A stretch of 60,391 nucleotides of DNA, the filler included, from Sluysia triapertura (Eukaryota), in assembly GCA_046118255.1 (NCBI GenBank). It is 5 parts of 5 records of this genome, joined end to end, with 100 filler letters (N's around TTAATTAATTAA, not from the genome) between each part and the next. Parts side by side here need not be neighbours in the genome. Positions count along the whole stretch, not along the records: positions 1 to 11,298 come from JBJNIA010186234.1; positions 11,399 to 25,712 come from JBJNIA010263281.1; 3 more parts are not named here. One strand, written 5' to 3'. Each line of letters starts with the position of its first letter. The first letter of the stretch is position 1. The position numbers were made by a program, and so were the translations under genes. Shown piece after piece: positions 1 to 11,471 of this stretch. Under the pieces are notes generated by a model. The model made no database searches, was not told the origin of the DNA, and worked only from the letters and a program-made list of their open reading frames with translations.

Positions 1-1653
1 ATTTTCTAGAAAACTTAGTGATACGTCTCCAAGTTTGGTATAAAGCGTATACACTAAGCGAACTGACCCTACAGATAGTTTGTTAGGAATAAGAAAAAAT
101 ACTAACAATATGCAAGGATTATTTACTCTCAGAAGATAGACGCGTAATAATATTCATTCAGCACCAAGCTAAAATTATTATACAACTTCATTTTGCCATA
201 CAAGGAATCAAGGAACCAGTAACAATTATAGATACCTTAAGAAAGGATCCATCAATAATTATTTTAATAATTTCCGCCACAGTATTCATTATTGCATTAT
301 TAATAATTTTACTAATAATTATGATATTCATTACGAATAGATGTAAATATACTAACTCTAATTCCAATGACGATAATAATGATCATTATTCAATTCCAAG
401 AAACAATAGATTATATGCTCCTCCTCGAGGATTGCCACTACCTTCAACACAAATATATGAACATGACACAGATATAAGATTCCCTACAAATTATAGCGGA
501 TTTCAAATGTCATCGGTATTATTATGTATTTGTTTAATATCAACCATAGACTCTTCCAAGACAATAATAGACAAATTAAGTAAGAATATACAATAATATA
601 CAAGTAAATATTCAACCGAAGACTGACGCAGTCATAGCAATAGTTAAACAAAAAGATAAAGAATTAGTTAGCTTATCCATTACTTGTTGTTTCAATAAAT
701 TCTGTACTACTTCTGCGACACCAATTAAAACATCGAAATACTAGGTATTAACATGTGAAGAATTATTTGAATCCCAATTATACCGAGTCAAAATAACAAT
801 GTAATTGATAAATAAAATAATACATACTAAATACTATTGGATTGAAACATTACCTTACGAATTCTATGATAAATTTAGCAAACAATGGTTAAATTGCTCA
901 ATTGATTTAATCAAATTAACAAATCCCTTAGTAAATAATTCAATCATAATATAATATAGAACGGACAAAGAAACTATTACGGTATTAATTCCACCAAAAC
1001 ATACCACTACGTTAAATTATTATCCTGGGTCATTTTCTTCAGTTATGTATGCCTAGATACTTAAAGCTAACGAATCAGTAAAAACGAACGATTGGACATT
1101 CACTAAGCCATATAATTTTATTATACCTATTGTTAAGGAAACTACGGCTAATGAAATTGAAATAGATAAGAATATACTGAGTAAGTCCATAAAATTAAGG
1201 AAACGATAAGTAGGAATATAACTAAAATATTTAATAAAATCAATATAACCGGCTTAATTAATCCTAAAATACTAAAACATAATTATGACATTAAAGAACT
1301 TAAAATCAACACTCATCTTTGCATTATTATATTCATGCTTTATGCTTTGCTTGCAGTCAACCTTCTGACTGAAGCCTCAAAATGTATATATGGATACCTC
1401 GTAGACTGACACATAGAATTAGAGTATAGGATTAAACAGTACATATAAAAAAGTTACGAGTGATCGCGGTCGACGGTTATGTCCTGTCCATCCGGTCACC
1501 TGACTTTATAAATACTGTTTATTACTTTTCGTAGCTTTATAGTGCTGTACATACTTAGGTTTATAATTATATCATTTTTATTAATTAATTAATTAGCTTA
1601 CTAATTTTAAAATATTATTACTATATTATATTTTATTTTTCCTTTTTTAGAAT

Positions 1654-2112
1654 ATGAATTTTCACCTCTGCACAATATGTCAACATTCAATCCACAAACA
1701 TTACATAAATACACATCCGTGTTCACATAAATTTCACTTTAAGTGTATTATCACTCTCTTTCATCATACTACCACAGACTTTATGAACTGCCCAATGTGT
1801 AGAACACCTGTAGAAGAAGTTTACACTTATTATAGAGGAAAATTTCAATTTTCCTACATTTTAGAGAAAATACCTCATTATTTGCACGATCAGCATATTC
1901 AGGTACATGAGGTTATTATACATAGACCAATTCAAGATAAGAAAAATAACGGACATTTAATAGCAATACCTTCTCCAAATTATCCTTCTGGTTTAACCAA
2001 ATCCCAGAAGCATAATCGACTTCGTAGACAGATACGTCGTCTGTATAAAAAGGCAGGTTTGTATGGAAAAAATAAAGTAATAAACCCATTCTTAAAAAAG
2101 AAAAACAATTAA
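1654..2112 (+). CDS. RING-H2 finger protein with basic C-terminus (putative E3 ligase)
   Basis: C-x2-C-x13-C-x-H-x2-H-x2-C-x14-C-x2-C (CTIC...CSHKFHFKC...CPMC). TATAAATA at 1507. Pyrimidine tract plus AG ends at 1650, just before the ATG. Confidence 0.7.
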   Translation: MNFHLCTICQHSIHKHYINTHPCSHKFHFKCIITLFHHTTTDFMNCPMCRTPVEEVYTYYRGKFQFSYILEKIPHYLHDQHIQVHEVIIHRPIQDKKNNGHLIAIPSPNYPSGLTKSQKHNRLRRQIRRLYKKAGLYGKNKVINPFLKKKNN

Positions 2113-3437
2113 GTCATTTTTATTACTTTTCATTTTCTTAAAATATATAGGCAAATTAAATAAATCAAAAAATATAAAAAACACTAAAAACTAACGATAA
2201 AATCTAACACTTTTAATCTTTATATGCTTTTAATGCCTTTACTTTTATTCAGTATGAACAAGACAAACACACAAGCACGTATCATAAATAACATAACACC
2301 ATTCTATAATGGAATTGACCGATTTTGTGGCAATAACGAAACACCCTGCCATTTTCGGGTCTCAAATATCACGCTGTAGTGGTCAGCATCTGTAACCTCA
2401 ATTTAAAACTCATAACCACAAATTCTCACTTCATTAAAATACCATTTTCTCAATAGTCATACCTCTATTTTACAACTACATTATCATAAATACCACAAAA
2501 CAACATTCCACAATCATAATACCTCACTAGCTCATATTCACCAACAAATTAATCTATACCTCAACCATCTCCAACTTAATAAACTTCAACATCCAGTGAA
2601 AACAATCCACAACATTTACCCACTAAATACTTCATCAAACAAGTCACAATCACAACATAAACTTCACAAATCACAAACATAATAACATCTAAACAACGCT
2701 AACAACTACTTCAGAAACATAGACCATTTACACTTAAATCTTTAATCAATCACATCAACTTAAACTCATTTTATATATACATGTACATCAAAAACAAATA
2801 TTCTTAACATTACAAATTTGTTCTGCAATCATCATTTAAAATAAAAATAACTCCAACCTTTTCAACAAACATTTCAAACTTAAATCAAATGTATAAATCT
2901 TGTTTCAATTTATAAAGCTTCAATAAGTTATAATAAGTTATAATAATTTATGCCAACACTTTTCATTTTGATTACAACTTCAATCATCACAAGTTTCAAA
3001 ACAAATTTCAAATAACTTTAAAGATTTTATTATTTCACTGTGAAGCAACAACTACAATTGATACATTGCATATATCTTATTGTCGTTGCTCCTTCACAAT
3101 ACATTGGTTTCTTTTTATTTTATGTCATTTCAATATGTCAGAAATTAAGATAAAGACAAAGAAAGATCTTGTATTTCAAAGTTTTAAAAGATTTAAAGAT
3201 TTTATGCGAATTTTGTTTGAGTAATAATAATAATAGTAATAATAATAATAGTGTTGTTTTTATTGTTATTATTGTTATTACTAACATTGTACTAATAAAT
3301 AATTAACAAACTATTTTGTCAAAACAGTCACCACCGTCATCGGTATTAATTCTAGTCATCAAAAATGTCAGTAAAACGACATCATAGATGACGGTAGTTA
3401 GGACATCAATAATCATGAAAATTAATTTTACTGCCAA

Positions 3438-3588
3438 CCAATCAGAGTGCAAATGGTCTTAAATATTTTAAAGCACTCTGATTGATTCAACTCACATGCA
3501 TGTAATCTAGCAGATGAACTAATTTTAACTCCCAATCAGAGCACAGCTAACTAGATCACAATATACAAAATATCAACGCTCTGATTGG
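3438..3588. promoter_or_regulatory. Cluster of four CCAATCAGAG (CCAAT-box) motifs in alternating orientation
   Basis: Copies at 3438(+), 3476(-, one mismatch), 3532(+) and 3579(-), about 190 nt upstream of the 3781 ATG. Confidence 0.45.
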
Positions 3589-3780
3589 GCAAAAAAAAAA
3601 TTTAATTAAAAACCTAAAAATAGAAAATAATAAGCAATACTCACAATTTTTTACCAACTGGGAGCAAACAATTATTGAAAAGTTAAAAAAATAGCTATCA
3701 CGTAAAAATTTGGAAAATTTTAATGCAAAGGTGATCATCAAATAATTTTTTAGCAAACAAGTAAAATATGATTCTATATT

Positions 3781-4944
3781 ATGAAATCAAATCCACAAAA
3801 AGTTATTAATTATACGATCAGTCAACGGAATTTTAGTTTTAAAAGATGCCTACTTATTGTTCAACAAATATTAGAAACATATTATGTGGATAATTTAGCA
3901 GAACTCCCCTCTCAAGTATACATTGTTGATATTCACAAAGATTTAACATTATTTAATCATGAAACTAAACATTTGTGTAAATTCGTAATTCGTATTACAA
4001 ATGATAATCAAGCCACTATACGTTACTATCATTTAATCAAGGACATTTATTTTTATGTTAACTACTATGACATTTTCAATCAAGCCTATCAGGATCCAGA
4101 ATATATATCTTCAATGAATAAATTATTTTGTCAAAATAACGTATTCAATTATTTCAGAAATGTTAACAATTCTGATAAATTAGAAGGAAGTTTTATACAT
4201 GAACAGAACCTGAAATCTCATATTCTATCCACAATTTACTTAGTTATAATACTCATTGTGTCGACACAACATGAACAAAACTTAATTGATCATCCATCTT
4301 ATCAAGAAATCTTTGTTATGATGAAGGAAGGTATTAAGAAGAAGTTAATTCTATTAGCAAAGACAAATCCAAGTAAAGTCTATGAAACAGATGTATATGA
4401 AATATATTATGTATGCGAATCGTCAGCCTTAACGACTAAACATTATTCCTCCATTACTTTTAATCCCAAGATAAATGGCAGTTTAGACCTACTATTCGAT
4501 AATTCATATATTGGTAGTGAAAAAGATGTATACAAATTTATATTAGACAAATTAGATTTCGTGTATTTCGTGGTAGGAAATTATAAAGAAGTCAAGGTTA
4601 ATATCGATCAACCCGAGTGGTACTTATATGAAAGTAAATGTTTAAATTTTTATTTACATTCATCTTATCTCATTATTAATTATAAATTTATCTATTTATA
4701 TAGTTTTATTTTCATTAAGTTAGATGTAGTTCCGGACCTTATGAAGCGTCGGCCAAGCAAATCAATTAGTAGTCACAAAATTCATAAATCAAAAGTGTAT
4801 TTAAATATAGTTAATCATTTTTGTTATTTTGCATTTCGAATTTTTATTGATACTAATATTAGAACAGAATTTAATATAAATCATATCGAAACTTACTGCC
4901 TAAAATATAATGTTGTAATTTTTGAAATATTAGATTACATGTAA
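3781..4944 (+). CDS. Intronless 387-aa orphan ORF, no recognised domain
   Basis: Longest stop-free ATG ORF in a very AT-rich window; unlikely by chance. Confidence 0.55.
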   Translation: MKSNPQKVINYTISQRNFSFKRCLLIVQQILETYYVDNLAELPSQVYIVDIHKDLTLFNHETKHLCKFVIRITNDNQATIRYYHLIKDIYFYVNYYDIFNQAYQDPEYISSMNKLFCQNNVFNYFRNVNNSDKLEGSFIHEQNLKSHILSTIYLVIILIVSTQHEQNLIDHPSYQEIFVMMKEGIKKKLILLAKTNPSKVYETDVYEIYYVCESSALTTKHYSSITFNPKINGSLDLLFDNSYIGSEKDVYKFILDKLDFVYFVVGNYKEVKVNIDQPEWYLYESKCLNFYLHSSYLIINYKFIYLYSFIFIKLDVVPDLMKRRPSKSISSHKIHKSKVYLNIVNHFCYFAFRIFIDTNIRTEFNINHIETYCLKYNVVIFEILDYM

Positions 4945-5475
4945 GATAAAAAAGAGAACATATTTCTTAAATTAACATACGATCAATGTTATTTTATATT
5001 ATTCCTTTTGATACCTTCATCGCTATTACATATAGGTCACGCAAACTTACACTCTTGCTGGATACTTTCGAAATCTAACGGTTCATCACCTTATTTCTAT
5101 TCTAATATTTGCGATGTAGAACAAAAGATTTTATTACTCATAAGCTTCTTCAATACCTTGAATAAAACTCGTCATCCACCAACATGTAGTCGATATTTTT
5201 GTTTAAAAGTATCTATTAGAGTATTACGTATTAACTTAATGCTAAAAAAATCAATCACAGGGAACATCACAACTCCTAAAACTAGATCAATTTCATGCAA
5301 GCCACCATTTTGTAAGCTTTAGAATTTCCAGTAGAATTTGTTAAAATCCTAATTAGAACACCTTCGTCCAGATTTAAGTCGTATCTATTAGGAGAACTAA
5401 CCTCCAGAATTATTTTGTAAACTTTCAGAGATAAAACACTTGCAAACATTAAACGTAATATATTAGATACTAAAA

Positions 5476-5500
5476 TGGTGTCAGGAGTGGGATTTGAATC
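5476..5500 (-). other. tRNA-Leu 3'-end sequence including CCA (LTR primer-binding site, or tRNA fragment in an LTR)
   Basis: TGGTGTCAGGAGTGGGATTTGAATC is the near-exact reverse complement of the eukaryotic tRNA-Leu end GGTTCGAATCCCACTCCTGACACCA. Confidence 0.65.
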
Positions 5501-5897
5501 AACAGTAAATTCATCATTTAGATTTATAAGTTCTTTTAAGTTTTTTTGGAAAACTTATGGTTAGCTATTGACAGGCCTACTGGACACATTAAGTCACGGA
5601 TCGTAACCAAACCCATTAATTAATTTATTTTACTGGATCACAGATAAAATACGCAGCATTTGTCTCAAAATATTACTTTATTAATCACTATGTTTATGCT
5701 TGATTTAGAACTGATTGTTCTCAAGTTTAATTAATATTTTAAATCTATAGGAACACTTTGCCACATTTCAGCATAAGACATGGTTCGTAGACCAACCCTT
5801 TAAGTTAAAACTATTGTGATAATAGCAATTTTAGCTTAAAGATATTTAAGTTTCTAAATTCACTGTGGATTTTCTTTAACATAAATAATTGTTTATC

Positions 5898-5898
<1 letters not shown>

Positions 5899-5957
<59 letters not shown>
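5899..5957. repeat. (AAT)n microsatellite; others at about 11399-11469 and 24804-24869
   Basis: Perfect trinucleotide run. Confidence 0.95.
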
Positions 5958-5958
<1 letters not shown>

Positions 5959-8900
5959 TTTAAGTTTTCACTTCAGGTTTAATTATAATTTTAATAAAGC
6001 TTCATTATACTTGTTACACTATGATTTCAGTAAACTTTAAATTCAGGACAAAGTAAATAATTAATATATATTTTCTGTTATTTAATTTCAATGTTTCAAT
6101 AAATTAATTCGTTAGGATTTTGTTAATTCAGATTTTACAAAATCTTTTGACACTTAAAATTTTTGCTGCTAATATTAATTAATGCATTTTCATTTCCATT
6201 GCACAATGAGCTGGTTTTAAGGGTGCAATGTGTATATTTATAAAATGTGCAAAGTGAATTGTACTGTGCTTTATGTTTGATAAAGTGATGCATATTTATT
6301 TATGGGTTTATATCTGAGTGGCAAGTTTGGTGAGGTTTTAAGCTAGGAAATTCATGATGTATGGGTTGGTCTACTATAGATATCCTTAAGATTGCTCTTA
6401 CCAACGGATTTTCTCCTATTATTTATATATTTTATTTCTTATTTTCTCATTCTCTTTAACTTAATTGTAAATTTGTCGACAAAGTTTTTCAAAAGGGGAA
6501 GTAATGTTGCGTTAATTATAATAATAAAAATAATAATAGTTTTTAAATAAATATTACTTATAAAAATGAGTAACTAAAAAAATTAACTAATTTTAATAGT
6601 GTGCGTAATTGTGGTTGGTTGAATATTACAATTGATAAACATAATTGTACTCTGACAATTCAATTGTACTACAATTCTTCAAGTGACATTTTAGAAAAGA
6701 TAATATAAAGCAATTAATAAGTTTTAAACTTTTTAAGGTTGTTTTACTCGTCAGAGTAAAATAATAAAGTAGACTTAAAATCTTTTTCGAATTTGTTACC
6801 CGACATAATGAGGGAAAATTTTATATTGCAAAAGTGTAGAAAAATTTTTATATTTAATTGTAAAAAAATTATTAAATTATCATTAGTTAAAAAATTCTTA
6901 TTTTGATTAAAATTAAAATTATTAGTATTATAAATTAAATAATAACTCAAAAGAAATTTCTCGAAAGAAATTTGTTTATTTAAATTAAATTATAAAAGAT
7001 GTCTTTATGTGTATATAAAGACGTACACAAATAAAGAAGTCGCCATTATTAAAAATAAAACAATTAATCATACAAAGAAAGCTGAACAAAATTCGACATT
7101 TTGGTATTGCAAGAATTTATTATACAAAAATCATCATTGGTATTAACCGGTTCGTCACCATCAAATTCATTTAGTTTTCCAAGTTATTGTGTAAATCCCG
7201 CACATTCGATTAGAGGGATAGCACTTTCCAAGCAGCAGCAGCTCGAACAATCAATTCAAACAGAAACAATATTTCTGGAGGCCAATTAACAATATTATTG
7301 ATTAATTCCTAAGTTTGTTTCACATAGTTTGTAAACTCACATTGAGTTAAAATCTGCACGTAAACTATTAATTTTCACGGTTGGTCATTAAGGCCAATCA
7401 CAAAATCAAGTTAAAATATAAAATCTCACATCTTTAGTTGGCCCTTAAGATCAATTACAAAATCTTTATTATAGGGTAGAGTCTCTCGGCTAGACCCTTA
7501 TTATAGTTTAATTATTATTGTTATTATAAACTTATCATTTATAAAATTTTTGTGTTAAATATATTTTTTGTCGAAAATAAGAACCAAAAAGATTTGAAGA
7601 TATAAGAAACGACGCGTTTTTATACAAATATTATTCACTTGATTTTTATATTAATTCAGATATTCTATAAACCAGCGTTGGTCTTGATTATTTTTAAAGC
7701 TATTTAGCGTTAGTTGACATAAACGACGATTTCGACCATTATTGTTTAAGTATTTAAGACAGAGTATTTTTTGTACAATTAATCTTAGTAATTGTTTTCA
7801 CGTAATTTTTACAGATACACCATTAGTAAGTCGCATACTGTAAACGGACTCAGAATAATTATTTATTTTGCTGTAAGTTAGGTTTTTATATTAAGAAAAA
7901 AACACCAGCAATATTTTAAAATCAAGTTTTGTTTAATTAAATACCTAAGAGCTTTAATTCTTTATAACTTGAATTTTACTGTTTTTACGTTTTCGATATA
8001 ATATTGAACAAACCTATACGAAATATATTTAAATTGTTGTTGTTGCGAATTAATTACGAGTTAATTAAAATACCTAAGAGATTGAATTAAGAATATCAGC
8101 CTTTTATTATGTGGAAAAAAGACCCTTTATTAAGGTAGATAGAGTACAATCTAAAAATTTAATTAGCGCATTCATTTACCGAGTTAGTTCGAAAGGTTAA
8201 GGAGTTAAAAGTCAAATTTTAACACCAGAAATTATCACTTTTAGTTACAGACAAGCTTACTGTAGTCGAACCCTGCTAAAATTTATTATTATTGATAAGA
8301 AAAATCAGCAAAATACATTTGGTTCTTCAGGACACAACGTTCATAATTATAAATTCTAATAACTAGGAAAAATAATCTTAATCAAATAAATATTAAATAT
8401 GAATTTTGTAAGAATATTGACGATGACAATCCCAATGAGCAAATAATAAACATTATTACGATAAAATTAATGTCCACAAAAACAACTAATATTGATAAAT
8501 ATTATATTTCTGTTTTCTTTAATATTTTAGATTTTCTTATGCATTCTAGAAATTAGAATTTTTCCGAGTATCTTGAATTACCTGCAATAAACTTAGCTAA
8601 CTTTTAATCATTTTAAAAAATTGAGAACATTGTTAATGATCTCGATTTAATGGAAGACATTCGCGAATTTCATTCAAGGATTGTTCAGCATCAGAGTGTA
8701 ATTTTATTCAAATTGAAAATATGTACACACATATATACACACGCGTATAAAGATATACGTAGATGCAGAAGTAAAAACCTGAAACACAATTATTTCAACG
8801 AAAGGTATGTTGTTTATTGATTTAATGTTTTGTGTTATATTACGCTGAAGTTTATTTAAGACTTCATTTATGCTAATTTTTGTTCTCGATTGTGTTAACG

Positions 8901-9859
8901 ACTAGAGTGTTTCAATTTGGAGTTTACGAGCGTTATTCAACGTTAATATTAAGTATAATTATTTTAGAATTATTGTCCCTACACAAATAATAATAGTGAA
9001 TATTAGTATAAAATGTAGCTATAAACGATTGTGGAATTCTAATTCTCTCGAGGGCTTCCATGCTTATTAAAATTGATGGATTCTACGACCGATATATAAC
9101 GAATTAATAATAATTATTTAGGACGTAACGACCATACGTCATAAAAAACACAAAGACAGAGATAGGACAGTTTCACAACATCACTAGTTCCATATCACAA
9201 ACGATTTCTACCCTGATAGTACAGAACAAATCATCAACATTTCGGGCGATACTATAAATAATTTAATTTATTTAATATCTAATACGTTTTTTTCTTGCTC
9301 AATGAGAAACCTAAAACTGCCTGAGTGTACATAAAATTATACATATTTCTATTTATGGGTCTTACTAGTTTAGTCAAGTTCTCTTCAAGGTTATCAGTGT
9401 CTGATTAAGTAATAGAAATTTTGAGGTGCCACAACAATAATAAAAAAACTTATAGCATTACATTTATATAAAGAATTTAAGTGCCGCTTTAAGGGACCAT
9501 AATATTATTATTAATTTAAACAGAATAACAAATAATGTACTATGAAAGATTATACTACGAAAAGAATTTTTCCTTCGAACCATTACTTTTAGTGGTGAAC
9601 AGTAAATTGATTAAGTGTTATATTTGTAAGAGACAGGCTTTGTTGGACTTATACCATCAATCATTTTTATTTAATTTTAAATAACCTTATCCTAGTGATA
9701 AAATCATCATAAATAATAAAAGTACTCGCAAAATGAAATAATTTGTTTAAAACGATCAAATAGATCAATAAACATTGAACGATGTGTTATTAAAAGTTTC
9801 GGTAATTTCAAAAATTGGAAATTGAATGAGTTTGCGTTAATTTTTAAAAATTAACTAAC

Positions 9860-10713
9860 ACATTTTGAATTGGAAAGTCACAGAAAAGTTCCTTCACTTT
9901 ACCAACTGGCACCACACTTTGTCCATCCGGTTTATACAAACCAGCGGCTATTTTGGCTATTGTTTTACTACTTCCAACTCCAGCGCTGCAGCTGTAGCCT
10001 AATTCCTCTCGTATTGAATTTCGCATTTTTTGAACTAACCATGATGCTACTCCAAGTCGTAAATCATCTCCACATTCTTCATCATATTTCCATTGTTTAA
10101 TCCAATTTTCAAATGATTCACTACCTATCACATGAATATTATTAAACAAATAAATGTGATCCCAAAATTCTTTCATGTCATCTGATTGTGAACCATTCAT
10201 TAATAATTTGTCAACTTCATCTAAAAACAACTAATTAAGAATAAACTCGATTGAACCTGATAAATCAATATAAGCTTCATCAATACTGGCTCTTTCTATT
10301 AATTTAGCATGATTTGATAAACATTTTATCACACTAGCACCAGCACTTCGATATCTTAATTTATCAATGTTAGGCAACTAATAATACTTCGTTAAATCAG
10401 CTTTTTCATTTGCCGTAGGTACAGAAAATAATGTAATGTCATTACATTTTGATTTTGCTTCATCACCACGCATTCCTCGCCTTACACCACATGATCTAGC
10501 TTCATAACTAACTGCAATAATGCTAATTCAATTATTTAAATTTAAAACATTAAAAATATTTTATAAATTTACTTACCTACCACCTCGCCAACTGTTGTAT
10601 TGCACAACTGCACATGGTTTTCCTCTTAACTCCTGCTTATGTGCTAATTCTACTTGAACGTAAAAGCAATCCATATCAACCAAAGCAATTAATGGGCAAT
10701 TGCTATTTCTCAT
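9860..10713 (-). CDS. POLH: DNA polymerase eta (Y family), first four coding exons: 10713-10577, 10522-10388, 10354-10257, 10220-9860
   Basis: Spliced translation gives ALVDMDCFYVQVE, CAVVQYNSWRGGSIIAVSYEAR, KADLTKYR, IERASIDEAYIDL and CSAGVGSSKTIAKIAAGLYKP. GT-AG introns of 54, 33 and 36 nt keep frame. Donor GTTAGT at 9859 follows FPIQNV. Confidence 0.95.
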
Positions 10714-11298
10714 AATGAAAATTAACAATAAAATTTCGAATACATAAAATGTAATATTCAAGAACTTATAAAATGAAATGGATAGCTAAAATCGTAATAT
10801 ATAAACAATTTTATAAGTCCTTGTTAAATTGCTAAAACATCTATAGTTTTCAATATTATTTCGTTTTTATTTTAAACAAAATTGAAGTAGTATCAATATT
10901 TAATTTTTCATTATTCTTTTTCCAACAATAAACTAAAAATTATGTGAATGAAACATAGTAAACATTATTTGATCAGTTAGCATTAGATTTAAAGCTTAAT
11001 TCATACTTATTAGAAAAAAATTTAGTGGAAGATTATGAAATATTTAAGAAAAAGCCAAAGTTCTTTCTGTATCAGAAATATTATGGAGAATGATTACCTT
11101 TGTAGTGGCCAACCCCATAAGTTAAGATTTAAAACAACTTCATTAAAATAAATTTTATCACAACCATACTCTGTAACTATAATCACCACACAATTCACCT
11201 CATAAAACAACAATACACAAGCATAACACTTTTCCAACTTACATTCACCAACGAAACAATCTATATCTCAAACATTCACAACTCAATAAACCACTACA

Positions 11299-11398
11299 NN
11301 NNNNNNNNNNNNNNNNNNNNNNNNNNNNNNNNNNNNNNNNNNTTAATTAATTAANNNNNNNNNNNNNNNNNNNNNNNNNNNNNNNNNNNNNNNNNNNN
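11299..11398. other. Assembly gap with TTAATTAATTAA linker (also about 25713-25812, 36724-36823, 49223-49322)
   Basis: Identical six-frame-stop linker centred in 100-nt N blocks. Confidence 0.95.

Positions 11399-11471
<73 letters not shown>

Noticed and set aside
9870-10100. Short ORFs antisense to real exons or transposases (also 21700, 40945, 53628, 55518)
   Set aside because: Shadow frames of coding sequence on the opposite strand.
11343-11354. TTAATTAATTAA repeated four times inside N runs
   Set aside because: Artificial scaffolding linker. Order and distance across these gaps are uncertain.
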